DNA from: Eledone cirrhosa | Lineage: Eukaryota | Assembly: GCA_964016885.1 (NCBI GenBank) | Contig: OZ024753.1 | Location: 32,922,001 to 32,986,000 of the forward strand | DNA length: 64,000 nucleotides | Direction: 5' to 3' | Shown: positions 27,774 to 41,849 of the stretch, piece by piece | How positions within the stretch are numbered: the stretch's first letter is position 1 | Layout of the letters: the number at the start of each line of letters is the position of its first letter | The notes under the pieces: model-generated | Told to the model about the DNA's origin: nothing | The model's input: the letters and a program-made list of their open reading frames with translations, nothing else | Database searches by the model: none | Program-made: the position numbers and the translations under genes

Positions 27774-28309
27774 GGGTATAAATATATGGGACCCATTTAC
27801 GTGGGTTGTAATTGAGGCAAATAACTGTCTACCTGTCTACTCTGGAATGTTTTCATAACCTTACCTATTGAGTACGCTGAGATGCAACCGGTACTAACAG
27901 GGAAACCTTATGCTAGTCCTGTCAACCTCTTTTATGTATATAAAAATAGAGCGAGAGCGAAAGAGAGAGAGAGATCTATATACAAATTTGGTTTAAACAA
28001 ATATTACGATATGAAATCCATATTCAACGAAGTAGCCCATCATTTATTGTTGCATCCAAAAATATTTATATATTCATTCGATTTCCGATCAAGTAACTTC
28101 ACTTGATATAATTTCTGAATGAAGCGTTGTATTGACTGAATCGTCAGATCGGTGAACAAAATTACATTTGCGTTCTGAGTTCACGTTATGCTTGTCGGCG
28201 CAGCATATCCGAATGGCTAAGGACTTCGCTTCACAATGACTAGTCCTTAGTTTCAATCTCAGTGAGTAGCATATTTGATATAACATTAAACATAGACCCT
28301 GTCGGCCGC

Positions 28310-28399
28310 CAACGACGACGACGGCGACAACGACGACGACAACGACAACAACGACAACGACAAGAGCACCACTACCAGCACCAGCAACAGCAACAGCAG
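28310..28399 (+). repeat. Mixed (CGA/CAA/CAG)n trinucleotide repeat
   Basis: Direct reading of the sequence. Confidence 0.9.
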
Positions 28400-28462
28400 T
28401 TTAACAGCACTATCCGGTCTTTAGTTCATCGTTCTCCCTCATCTAACTCAGCAATGCCAGAA

Positions 28463-28523
28463 GTAATATGCAAAGATATAGGCACTAACTGTAATATGCA
28501 AAGATATAGGCACTAACTGTAAT
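28463..28523 (+). repeat. 28-bp tandem duplication
   Basis: gtaatatgcaaagatataggcactaact x2. Confidence 0.9.
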
Positions 28524-29319
28524 CCTGTGACTAAACCATAAATATACTGATGTGAGGATCGATCTTTGCCAATGTATATCATTATCAAATGAAGACAAAT
28601 TACACTGAATATATTTAATATAAAGATTCTTTCTATTTTCCATTCATCTTTTTACTATTAACAACACATACGAGATTGTCATCATCTGTAAAGGGAATAC
28701 ATTATTGATATTCAATGAATGTCATTAATATTTGTTATAAACGTATCTGCTTCATCTCTGATGACGAGTTCTATTTATAAACAATATAATACTACTTAAC
28801 GGCGTTTATTTAGAAAGAAAACAATCAATCATTCAATGTTTTAACTACAGCTTACATAACACACGATGGAAGCAGTCATGGCTAAATGGTTGAGAAGTTT
28901 GTATTACAATCATGATCTCCAGGATTCGATCCCTTTCTGGAAGACCATTATTCAGTAGCGTACTCGATATTTGCGATAGTAGAGTGTAACTATATCACAG
29001 TCGGAGCCAGGCACTTGAGCTCTTGTTGACGAAAACACACAAGCTCAGCTGTTGGGTCCTGACTCTTTAGTATATATATATATATATATATATATATGTC
29101 ATATTTTCCCTGAGTCAGTTTTGTTTTCGTTGATTTGGTCATGCGGCTCGCTTATCGGTCGCTGTCTTCAATTTGCAAAGCTGTCTAAATGTAATGTTAT
29201 AACTCTAAGGTAAAATACCTTATTGAATGCTTAGATGCACATCCAGACTGCATTCGTTAGCTTAGCTGCAGCCAGAGCTTCGATTATGCTGTACTTCCTT
29301 TTATATATATAGTTTCTAA

Positions 29320-30880
29320 TAATTATCTCTACTATAGGCACAAGGCCATCAATTTGAAGGGGCGGGGAAAATCGATTAAATCGACCTCAGTGTGTTGCTG
29401 GTACTTTACTTTATCGACTCCGTAAGGATGAAAGGCAAATCTAACCTCGGTGGGATTTGAAATCAGAACGTAAAAGGCTGTAATTCTATGCCACGAAGAA
29501 TTTGGTCTGACGCTCTACCGATTCTAATGATAGTTCCTCATGTCAGATATTCAGACAGAATGTTTCTTCAGTTTCCCATTTTTATGGTTAAATCATGAAA
29601 GATATATTTGAGTTAAACTGTTTGAATTTTCTCTTTCTCAAATATTTACAGTAGCGTCTAAGGTTTGATAATGGTTTATAGTTAGTAATGTCAATACAAG
29701 ACAGGTACATTTTTGGAAGAGGGTATCATATATCAACCCTGGTACTTAAATGGTATTTGATTTTATCTATCGTGGAAGAATGAAAAGCAAATTTACTTTT
29801 GGCTTTGATTTAAGATTTATAAATGATTCCGAACTTCAGCAGAAAGTCAGTATTTAGTGGGGGAGAGGGTGGTTGAAACAACAAAAGTACTACATGACTG
29901 GTACTTTATTTTATCAATCTTAGAAGGATGATAGAAATGGCATATTTGAATTGGGTAGGATTTCATCTCAGAACGTAAAAATTAGGAACGAATACTGCCT
30001 AAGATTCTATGCAACAAGTTAACACACCAATTTGTCACCTTAGTCGCAAGCTTAATAGTAATAATTGTTTCTACTGGCACAGGGCCAGCAATTAACCAGT
30101 ACATTACTGGTACTTTATTTTATCGACACCGTAAGGATGAAAGGCAAAGTTAACCTCGACGGGATTTGACCTCAGACCGTAAAGGGACGTAACTATGCTG
30201 GAAAGCATGGCGTCCGACCGTCTACCGATACTGCCAATCCACCGCGAAGCTTAATAGTAATAATGTTTTCTAAAATTGGCATAAGTCCAGCAATTTGGCG
30301 GAAGGGAAAAAACGATTATATCGATTAGTTCTATACTTTATCGGAACTGGAAGGATGAAAGGCAAAATTGACCTCGGTGTCAGTTGAACTCGGAACGTAG
30401 AAAAGAATAAATACGGCAAAGCATTTGTCCGTTGCTCTAATGATGATTTCTGATTAAGGCACATGCCAACAATTTTCTTTTCTTTCTTTCTTTAGAGGAG
30501 TAGATTAAATCGACCCCAGTGCAGTACTGGTACTCTATTTTATCGATCTTGTAAGAACGAAAGAGACAAAGATAACCTCGGTAGGATTTTAACTCAGAGC
30601 GTAAAGGGACGTAACTATATGCTCCAAAGCATGTTATCCGACACTCTAACGATTCTGCCAATTCACTGCGCTTCTCTCAATCAACCACCCTTTTAAAATT
30701 TGTTTCTAACATCGGCATAGAACCATCAATATAGGGAAGGAGAAAAGGGATTGTAGCGGCACCAGAATTTAACTGGTGCTATAATTTATCGACCCAAGAC
30801 GGATGAAAAGCAAAGTTGACCTCGACTGGATTTGAACTCGGGTCACAAAATGCAGCACCGTTCTAAGTATTCTGCAAATC
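29320..30880 (-). mobile_element. Cluster of about seven co-oriented SINE copies of different ages
   Basis: ggtactt(t)attttatcgac...ggatgaaaggcaaag...cctcgg..ggatttgaa recurs at ~29400, 29750, 29900, 30110, 30335, 30530 and 30775. The youngest copy (30066-30246) has TSD AAGCTTAATAGTAATAAT. Confidence 0.9.
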
Positions 30881-31562
30881 ACCTGGGTAAATTTACTAAG
30901 AAAATAAAAAAAGTTCTTCAAGGGTTTTTTTTTTAAGAAAGTCTACATCATGCTCACAAATGTCTGTCTCTTTATCACATTCTCTCTCTTTCTTATTATA
31001 TTATTCTCTTTCTCTCTCTCTCTCTTCTTCTTTCATTTTACCGCTTTCTCTACCTCTCTCTTCTTTCTCTTTCCTTTAGCAACAAGAACGTCTAATAAAC
31101 ACTAAAGACAATTCGTGTGAAGTAATTCTAATACTAATTCGTTCCGATGTTTGCATCAATAGAGATCATTATTTTATGTGACCCATGAGATGTTGGGTTG
31201 GGTTGGTGTCGGCGATATTTATATTGGCGAAAGATAGTTTCCTCTTTGGAAACTAACCAGACGTATTCGGTTTCAGTCATACCCCCCACCCCCCAACACC
31301 CATCCAACTAGCAGTGTTTCCCAAAGACACTGTCTCCCTTTCTCCACGCACGTCTCTATAAATTATATATATATATACTCATACCTTTACAAAAGAGGTA
31401 TAGTTGTTTCCAAACAGTACAAATCATTCGTGTCGTGTAAACTATTCTCTCTCCATTCTTGGCATCTTTACTCTTCCGCTTACTCTCCCCCACTCCCTCG
31501 CTCTCTCTCTAGGTTTACGTTAATTGTAATAGTGTTACATGCAAAGTACACACACACACACA

Positions 31563-31627
<65 letters not shown>

Positions 31628-33013
31628 TGTGTGTATGCGTAGTTGTTTATCTATTTGTAGTGGATTGTGCAGTAGTAGTTGTGGCTAGTTCTGGGCAAGG
31701 TAACGTAAGTGGGGAATGTGGAGGAAGGTAGACGTGAGGTAAAATGAGTGAGCTATAAGAAGCTGAAGGAAGAAATTGGAACAAGTAAGCGAGATAAAAC
31801 GTTTTAAAACTGCTTAGAAGCTGCTCGGATGAAGTGTACCTGTATTTCAAACGGTGAGACCTGTCACATAATGACACACTAAATCAGTGTTTGAAATATG
31901 TGATGGTTACACGTGTCTGTCGAATACTGAACAACTTACAAATCAACTCGCTCGCTTAACACCTAGTTGATCGAAAAGCTAAATGGTAATCGTCGAAATT
32001 GACGAAGTATCCACCAATTTAACGAGTAGAAGTTCAGTTGGTCGTACAACTGATATCTCATCGTAGAGATCGACGGAGAATCCACTAATATAGAGACAGT
32101 ATTTTCAATTCAAATTGAGAAATGTTATCGCTTAACTTCCACTCTTTGTCTCTAAATCCTAACATAATATTCTTTTTCCTTCCTCGTCCTCAACTGTCAA
32201 TGATGACATCTACTTGGCAAAGCACAATATAGGATACTTTATAATACATCCTTTGAACGCTAATTATTTTGAAAGAACGGTGAAAGCTGATTCTGTAACA
32301 TAATATATTCAATTATCAACCAAAATTCAGAATGTTCCTCTATTTACTGTTATTTTACATATACGCGAGATCTTCGCAGAGACATCAAGTCATCGGATTA
32401 CAGACTCACTGCAATCTGAGTTCAAATCTCGATAATGTCAACCTTGAATTTCATCGTTTCGGTGTTTGATGGCTAAAATACGAGTCCAGAGGGGGTGGAA
32501 TGACAGAATGGAGTGCATTGCAGTATATTTCCTCGCTCGGTGCATTCTGAGTTTACATTACATTCTTCTTCCAGAGTCGTTCATATGGAGATATCACAAG
32601 TGTGATACGTTACCGAAATCAATCGGACCTTATAATATCAGCCTTTATTTAGAAAATAGATGTAACTATCCAAAGCTAACCATGTTGGTGATAATGCCCT
32701 CCGCCCTCCACTATGTGAGCACAAATCAAACACGTCTCTATTTAATTTAGCGAAGTGAGGTGTCGAATTTCCTTAGTAGTAAAAGGTTTATCAAATACAT
32801 TACCTCCCATCATGCTTGTATTTGTTATATATATATATATATATATATATATGCTGTGTTAGGTAATTCCGAAGGAAAGGCAAAGGTAAAAAGAGTGCTT
32901 TATGTATAGCACAGAGGTATTTAATTAGAAATTGAACAACGATCCAGACGTATATTATTATCGTCTGTCATCCAGAAAACTTTGGTAATGGAGTAGTTAT
33001 ATTTTGTGCTGTT

Positions 33014-33050
<37 letters not shown>

Positions 33051-33410
33051 GTGTGTGTGCGTGAGAGAGAGAGAAAGGGGAAAAGGACTGCAATTGAATA
33101 TATATTTTAATTTTCTTAAGGCTGATCCTAACCATTGTTATACAATGAAGAAAAATAACAGATAACTCACCATTAAACTATGTGATGAGTGAACATTGAA
33201 ACACAACACATGCGAACGAGCCATTAGATTGAACATATACATTGGTTTAACGCTTGTTATATTAGGAAAAGAATCGTAATGTTTAGTATGTTAGTCCTTC
33301 GTGAAAAGAGAGGAGAGATAAAAGAAATAGAAATATAGGCAAGAGGAAAAAAAGAGGAAGAAACGGAAAAGGAATTACGGAAGGAGATCACGTGTTAATA
33401 TAATGATAAT

Positions 33411-33783
33411 TGTTTCTACTTTGGGCACAAGACCAGCAATTACCCAGTACATTACTGGTACTTTATTTTATCGACCCCGTAAGGATGAAAGGCAAAGTCA
33501 ACCTCGGCGGGATTTGAACTTATATCGTAAGGGGACATAACTATGCTGGAAAGCATGGCGTCCAACCCTCTACCGATACTGCCAATCCACCATATAATGA
33601 TAATTGTTTCTACTTTAGGCACAAGACCAGCAATTACTCATTACATTACTGGTACTTTATTTTATCGACCCCGTAAGGATGAAAAGCAAAGTTAACCTCG
33701 GCGGGATTTGATCTCAGACTGTAAAGGGACGTAACTATGCTTGAAAACATGGCGTCCAACCCTCTACCGATACTGCCAATTCG
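33411..33783 (-). mobile_element. Two head-to-tail SINE family A copies inserted into the same target
   Basis: Outer TSD CGTGTTAATATAATGATAAT at 33391-33410 and 33784-33803. Inner ATATAATGATAAT at 33592-33604. Confidence 0.92.
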
Positions 33784-34192
33784 CGTGTTAATATAATGAT
33801 AATGTTGTTCAGCATTGTATGTAGGTTTTCTGTTTTTATTTGCCTCAAATTCTTTAAGAATATAGACTCACGCAAGGCGGTTAAAATCATATATATAAAT
33901 AATCCTAACACACATATGGTTCCACCTGTACTACAATTATAACAGTTGCATTATTTTAATAAATAAAGCAAGTATTGTAAAGGGAGAATCAATACTTTGA
34001 AAGTAAAACAAATTAGTCGTTGACATAAAACGTAAAGAATTCATATTAGCTCCCCTACAGATAGATGTTCCGGTCTATTCAACAAATATTCTGTTTTTAT
34101 CCATACAAATAAGATAGATAGAGAAAATATACATAGATACACTCATGAATATAACAATATGTAAATAGCTCTCTCTCTCTCTCTCTGTATAT

Positions 34193-34264
<72 letters not shown>

Positions 34265-34499
34265 CATACATATAATATAATATATATATATATATATATA
34301 CATACACACACACACACAAGAATATGTTACTGTCCGCTTTCCGTTATCTTTTTTATTGTATTTGCCCTGTGTGCCCCCTGTTTTGAATATATACATATAT
34401 GCATATATATGTATTTATGTATGTGTGTGTATATATATATGTGTGTGTATATATATGTGTGTGTATATATATGTGTGTGTTTATATCGCTCTATATATA

Positions 34500-34584
34500 T
34501 ATATATACACAGAGAAACATACATTTATATTCATATAAACACATATATATACATACATATAAGCATATATGTGTGTATGTGTTG

Positions 34585-34617
<33 letters not shown>

Positions 34618-34694
34618 CACAGAGAAACATACATTTATATTCATATAAACACATATATATACATACATATAAGCATATATGTGTGTATGTGTTG

Positions 34695-34729
<35 letters not shown>

Positions 34730-34802
34730 GAGAAACATACATTTATATTCATATAAACACATATATATACATACATATAAGCATATATGTGTGTATGTGC
34801 TG

Positions 34803-34833
<31 letters not shown>

Positions 34834-34920
34834 TATATATATATACACAGAGAAACATACATTTATATTTATATAAACACATATATATACATACATATAA
34901 GCATATATGTGTGTATGTGT

Positions 34921-34975
<55 letters not shown>
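34500..34975 (+). repeat. Minisatellite, ~110-bp unit x4 with an internal variable (TA)n
   Basis: acacagagaaacatacatttatatt(c/t)atataaacacatatatatacatacatataagcatatatgtgtgtatgtg occurs at ~34507, 34617, 34724 and 34845. Confidence 0.95.
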
Positions 34976-34977
<2 letters not shown>

Positions 34978-35392
34978 GCACAGAACATATTAAACATGAA
35001 GAATTTCGACGCCATTTTTAGCGTAATATATTTTGTCAATAACAGAAAAATAGAAATTATATATATGAAAAATAGTCGTTGTTTATTCCTTTTGTCTGAA
35101 AAGACAATTATAGAAAAAAAGAGAGAAAACGACATTTCAAATGCGCAACTTTGTAAAACGTAGAGACAAGTCTCTATCTACATGCAACTACCTATAACAC
35201 AATCACTATATCATCTTACACTATTCAATCGAGAAAATAGCTATCCGATTTCATCTTCGTGATTTACAATTGGAGAAATATATGTATATAAATATATAAA
35301 TAAATCGATCAGATGGATCAGTCTGCTTGAAAATCTTTTTCAGAATGAATATTTATGGTCAACTCTCAAAATGGCTTCCATGCAACAAACTG

Positions 35393-35469
<77 letters not shown>

Positions 35470-37823
35470 GTGTATGTGTGTATGTGCGTATGTGTGTAAG
35501 TGCGAGTATGTATATGGCTTCCACGCAACAAATATACATATACATAATATATTGTAAGTGTATGATAATAAACAGCATATATGTTCTATAAATACGTCTC
35601 TATACACGGCTTTCATTTTGTTCTGAGGCGATTCAAAGAGATTAGGTTTCCAAACCTGATCACCAGTCTTTATAAATACGACAACCAGATGCATCTCAAT
35701 AGAAATATCCAACAGATTAAGATTAAATTTATTTTATTCATCAATTTTGTTTTTTGCCGCCAGATATAGAACTCTATACTAAAATGTGTTTGCTGACAAA
35801 GTGAAATCATTGACTAGAGACATAGTAAATCTCATATCATGTAGATATAATGTGTTTTATAAATAATAAAATGGAAGGAGAAGAGAAATCGTCATTCATT
35901 TCTGTAAGGTACGATTGATGCATTTTATTTACAACTCAAACGTATATGCAGAATATTCTAGCTTCATACAGTATTGCATTTCATATATTTTTCTCGGATG
36001 TCTTAATTATAGGATCCCAGTTTTATCATGAAAATCTATGGGATATGAAACGCTTTGCTAAATATTACAATACACCTGAGACCAGAAATGTAATCCACGG
36101 CCTTGTGATCCTGTATAGAACAACATAATCAATAGGCGAATTGCTTTAACCGATTGAAGCAATTGAATTTGATTTACGCCGAAACTTGAAAAGGACCGCT
36201 AGAATTTCATGAGTAACAGTGAAAAGATAAAAATATAATCAATTCAGAATGGCTGAATCATATATTTAAATCGTAGCTCATTAGCTTGTGGCGTTTGCAA
36301 CAAAACGATGGCAGATTGGCAGAATCTCTGGAGAGTAAAATAGAATACTTTGTATTGATTGTTCCGGATCATTGCACTTTAAGGTCAAATTCACCTAGGG
36401 TCAACTTTTCCTTCCAGGCTTTAAAGCTTGGTAAATACAATTCTTCTACCACTTGTTCATTGTCTGTGAATTGATCATAAACAACGAGACCGGGTTTCGT
36501 AAAAGCACATGAGGGAAGGCAACAGGAATCATGGAATCACTTTTGTGGTCCCTCCGGGGTCGTTCGTTGAACTTATGGCGTTATTCTATTGTAACAAGAG
36601 AAACCTGAAAAGTTTACAAAGAACGTTCGACCTTGGAGAGCAATAAAAGAAAACAGCAATAAGCAAACAACGTCGCAGTTACTCTTTCCAATAATGTTAA
36701 ACATGTTTTAACTCCCAGACCAAAGGCTATAGTTGAGCATGTCTTAGTGTCCTTGAAATATATGTATAAATATGTACATAATTATTACAAAAGCAACAGG
36801 TCGGCAAAAACATAATGCACCCATCAGGGGAAATCACAAAATCAAGTGTTGGTTCTTTCCTGAATGATATTGACATTGGCTGTGATTAGATACAACCTAC
36901 CATTATAACTCAATGTAGTAATTTGAGTTGGCACTGTGAAATTCAGGCTAAACAGTGAATTTATTATTTTCGCTAGAATAGTATTGCCTCCAGGAAGTGT
37001 CAGAATCTATTAATATCGTCCACACAGATACACACATGTACATAAAAAGATATTTGCACACACACACACACGTGCATACGTTTGTAGTTAAAGTGTTCGG
37101 TTCACAGCTACGTGGGTTCGATTACAATCCCACTGCAGGTTGGCTAAACATCCTTGAGTAACATCTGTTAACAAGAAGCAATATGAAATATTGTAGAGAT
37201 GTACAGCTTCGATATGGGAGTGTGGGACGCATCATGAGTCCCAGTTTAAGACCACCACAGTAAGATTGTTCTTTTTTTGTCTTTAGCGTTTATTTCTCTA
37301 ATAGCAGATATCTATTTTGTTAATTTTATTACAATGTCAATAACCGAGTTATTATATAAGATAATTTGAAATATATTACCAGATAGTTATGCGTGCTGTT
37401 CGGCCAATAACTGAGGCGTGTAGTTTGCCAATCAGAAAGGTAGGATAGTAACAGTGGCTTCATTATATAAACTAGTGCTGGAAATAGGTACACAGATTTA
37501 GCGCTAAATATAATTATATCTTGAGTGTTAATGGTTGTAGACACATAATTACTTACGCAAGGTAACTAAAGAAAGAACATATTTCAACGATATTAGGATA
37601 AACGAGGCAAAGGAAATGAAAACAAACTAAAAATTGTTACTAAAAGATTCATTCACCAAAGCAATTAAATGGAGTTCTGTGGAAAATACCATTTAAAAAA
37701 AAAAAACAATTCTGGCAAACAGAAAATATAAAGCATAAGATTTTAGCAAAATACAATAGATAAAAATAAATAAAAACAAATGATAAATTGTCTAGCTGAG
37801 TACCTCTCTATACTAACACACAC

Positions 37824-37864
<41 letters not shown>

Positions 37865-37869
<5 letters not shown>

Positions 37870-38011
37870 AGTAAGTAAGACCCCGACGGCTGAGCTCAAG
37901 CCGTTTCGACGGCTAATTCTGTACTTACTCCTATTACCCACTCTACTACCCTAAGTATTGAGTACTTTGGTGCGTTATGGTCCACCTGGTTCCTTACCAC
38001 TTTTCCCTCGC
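37865..38011. mobile_element. Short Penelope-like pLTR remnant with an inversion junction and a half hammerhead
   Basis: 13-bp inverted repeat (37865-37877 / 37922-37934). Minus strand GAAA-CGGCT tgagctc AGCCG-TC forms a hammerhead 3' half. Flanked by (TA)n. Confidence 0.5.
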
Positions 38012-39880
38012 TATATATATATATATATATATATATATTGCAACGCTGTACCACCCACTATCTTGCTCAATGATAACACTGAAATAAATTTCAGAATCCG
38101 AGCATCCTCATTCAGATTTAGTAGTTGGTTGACAATAATCGAAGGAAGCGATTGGGGCTATTCAAAGATTAATTTAAAAAAAAAAACAATTAATGAATCA
38201 ATTAATAAAAACAATTGTATATATCAGATGTATATGTATATGCATGTTTTCGTGTGTATAGATATATGTATATGTGTATGTGTGTATGTGTGTGTAGATA
38301 TATGTATATGTATATGTGTTTGTGTGTGTGTAGGCGGGGTAAGTGTGTTCTGTTTAGTGAGAATCATGGAAATACATAAAATATGGGAAAATGATTGGTT
38401 TTCGTGCGTAGATTTCCTTTGCTTTGTTTGTCTTTAAAATTTATCTGTGAGACTAACAAATAGTTCCTCAGTATGGCTTCGCCAACCGACAACTAAAAGA
38501 TTTACTCGAGTCCATTAATATGTTCTACACATAGCAATTGATAAAACTATATATCATTTTAGCAGTTTTTTTCTTATTCTTAAAATGTTTCAAGTACTAA
38601 TCGATAAATAATACTAAACTCTAATCCAATATTCGAGTCCGTTTTGCAGTTTGAGCATAACCTTCTCTATCTCTGTTATTAGTCTCGGTGGCCATGAAAA
38701 GATTCATGGGTACCGCGTAGGTTATGATCTGATGAAACAATAAAAGGATATTATATTATTATGACTACAGGGTATAGAAAAGGTTATGTTGTTGTTGACT
38801 GTGGTGTGGTTGTTTTGTCACTCAATTCAACCTCATTGAATAGATCTGTCATATCAATGGTTTTCCATCTGTGTCCACTACATTATATTTTTAAGCATAT
38901 TACGGATAAGATCATATCATAAGATCATATCATCCTATATGTCTTTTATTGTTCAAGATAATGTAGATTGTGACTGTATTTCTGTCAAGTTTATTGATCA
39001 TTTAGATGTTTCTCCAGTACTTCAACAAGGTACTAAACCATATTTCCCTTTGTCTAGTTACATTGTGAGTTCAAATCCTATCACAATTGTAGAAAGAACA
39101 ATGCGATCAATAGTATATCCTGGCCAGAATTTTGCAGTCATGTGTGTCAGGTGTATAAAACATTATTCTCCTTCTTAGCTATTGAATAGCACTCCCCTCT
39201 TTGTAATACGAGTAATTATACCCCTTTGCTATGTATCTGTAGCCCCATGTCAGTAAGACAAATGGTTACATCTAGTCTAGTGTCAGTTAAACAAATCATT
39301 TTATATCGTTCTTACATATTTCTAGTCTCGTGTCAATGATACAAATATATATTTCTGTAGGCAGCAAATTAGAACGTCGGATAGAATGATTTGTGATATT
39401 TATTCCAGCTCTTGGCACACTTTTTCTTTCATCCTTTCGAGGTCAATAAAAATGTATCAGTCCAGTACCGGGGTCGATTCTCTATATTTCTTTCCATCGT
39501 TCATAATATCACTATTCATCTTCGTCTTGAATAAATGGGCTATGTTAAGACCTGGAGAAGAATGAGCGCCGTCAGCTTTAAAATTGCCAGTTATGTTACT
39601 TAGGCTTTCCAAATTAAGCACTCCACGTCTGGAGGGGGGCCTATCTAGGTAAGATCTAATGTCACATACACCGGTATCCAATGGAGCATTGATATGCTAT
39701 ATATATATATGTATGTATGTGTGTGTATATATATATACATGCACATGCTGTTTGTTAGTTGTCAAACCTCTGTGTACTATTTTGAGGGTAAGATTTTATC
39801 TAGACATATAACCATAGTATGCGCAATTTGAATAACATAATACAAGCAATATAAACACTGTATAGAATTATTGTTTAGAA

Positions 39881-40033
39881 TTTATTCATATCATTTGCAG
39901 ACTGTTTCAGCCCAACGGCATCCTATTATGGATAATGCATTAAGAAAAATAAAGATGTAAATTATTTTTTCAATGCACCATCTATAAACATGGTGCCGTG
40001 AGGCTGAACCATTTTGCAAATCAGACGAATAAA
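39881..40033. repeat. Imperfect palindrome (~72-bp arms, ~9-nt loop)
   Basis: tttattcatatcatttgcagactgtttcagcccaacggcatc...aaaaataa pairs with ttattttttcaatgcacc...ggtgccgtgaggctgaaccattttgcaaatcagacgaataaa. Confidence 0.75.
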
Positions 40034-40077
40034 CAATATTATGTCTCAATACACTAACACACTATATAATATATATA

Positions 40078-40153
<76 letters not shown>

Positions 40154-40814
40154 CATGTTGTGAGCGTATTTGTGTGTAAATATATGTGTATATGATGCAT
40201 ACCACATAATAGACATAACCATTTAATTACTTCCCTTAGCTAGCTGGTACTTTTTTTTTTTGTCAAACACGTTTATGTTCTCACTGCGGCAATGTATGAT
40301 AACACTCATATACATTAGAGTTTCGGTGTATGTACATGAACGTAAAGGTGCGCGCGTGTGTGCACATATACGTACTGCAATGTCTATGTGTAAATCTGCA
40401 AAATAGATATTTATTCTACCAACGTTATGGATTTTTTAACTTTGATCATCTTTAGTTGTATACATACACACACATAAATAATGTAGTGTGTCTGTTTGTA
40501 TATATATATATATATATATATTCATTAGATAACACTGTGTCCATTAGTCAAATAGCGATTATTTATTCTTTGAATCGTTTCATTTTATAATCAAAGTGAC
40601 ACTATGAAATGGGCACGGCGATTTTTGAAATAATGTGTCTTTAAATCCATGATAACGGTAAATCTGATATTAAAGCTTTTTAAAATCGTTTATATCTCTT
40701 TGAAATAACGTATCTTTAAATCCTGGAAAACGGTACGTACAGTTTTTAAATAACTGTTCTTCAAATTACTTTCATCTATGCATGTATGTACATATATATA
40801 TATATATTATATAC

Positions 40815-40861
<47 letters not shown>

Positions 40862-40919
40862 CAGAGAGAAAGAGAGAGAGAGAGAGATACAGAGAGAGAG
40901 AGAGAGAGAGAGAGAAGAA

Positions 40920-41600
40920 GGTGAGAACATTGAAATAAGATTTTGTAAAGCATGACAGCCACAATTTGTTCAAAACAGTTAGAGACTTAGAACGTAGATC
41001 CAACAAGCGATTGTCTACTATCCAACATTCTCTTGGGAAGAATCACATCATAAGCGTATGGAAAAATCAATTTAAAAACCATATGAACACCTCAATTCCG
41101 CATGAAGACTCTGCATTATATTCCCTACTAGAACATCAGGAACTAAATGAACAGAGAAAACTTAGATGATGTCATGAAGAAAATAAAAAAGTGAACGACA
41201 TCAACTATCGACTATATAACCTTAGAGGTATAGGAGCTGGTTGTGATTAAATCCTCGATAGGTTGCTAAAGAACTATAACATTGCTTCAAAGGAAGGAAA
41301 GAATTCTTCAGATTTCCAAAATTGATTATGACCTCTATACATAAACATGAGATAAACTGGTAAGAAAACTACAGAACCATTGCACTGCTTTCTATCCCAA
41401 GAGAAATACTACTGCGTATCCTATTGAACAGAATGAAAGCAAACGCCAAGAATAAATTGAAAAAATCTCAATATGGCTTTCGTCCAGGGCATGGAACGGC
41501 TAATGTTACTTTCATCATAAGACAAATTTTAGAAACCACTGTACCATTAAATATTAATTTCATCGGCTTTCTGGCGAAAGGCCCCCTGGAAAATGCTCTA
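40920..41600 (+). pseudogene. Degraded RTE-type LINE reverse-transcriptase fragment
   Basis: Frameshifted remnants NYRTIALLSIP / ILLRILLNRMK...SQYGFRPGHGT....FIIRQILE...PLNINFI.F (RT subdomains 1-3). Confidence 0.8.
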
Positions 41601-41793
41601 ATCAGCTCCAGTACTAGACTGTTACTTTTAAATGGATATCAAAATGATAAAAGGTGATGTTGGCGTCGGTGGGAGTTGAACATAGATCGCAGTGTTGGAA
41701 CACATAACGCAAATCTTTATATCCGATATTGTAACCACTCTGTGCATTCGCTGCATATACGTATACATAGATACATCTCTCTCTCTCTCTCTG

Positions 41794-41849
<56 letters not shown>

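Noticed and set aside
28262-28516. Poly-R/Q ORF
   Set aside because: Produced by a trinucleotide repeat plus a 28-bp duplication; no splice or domain support.
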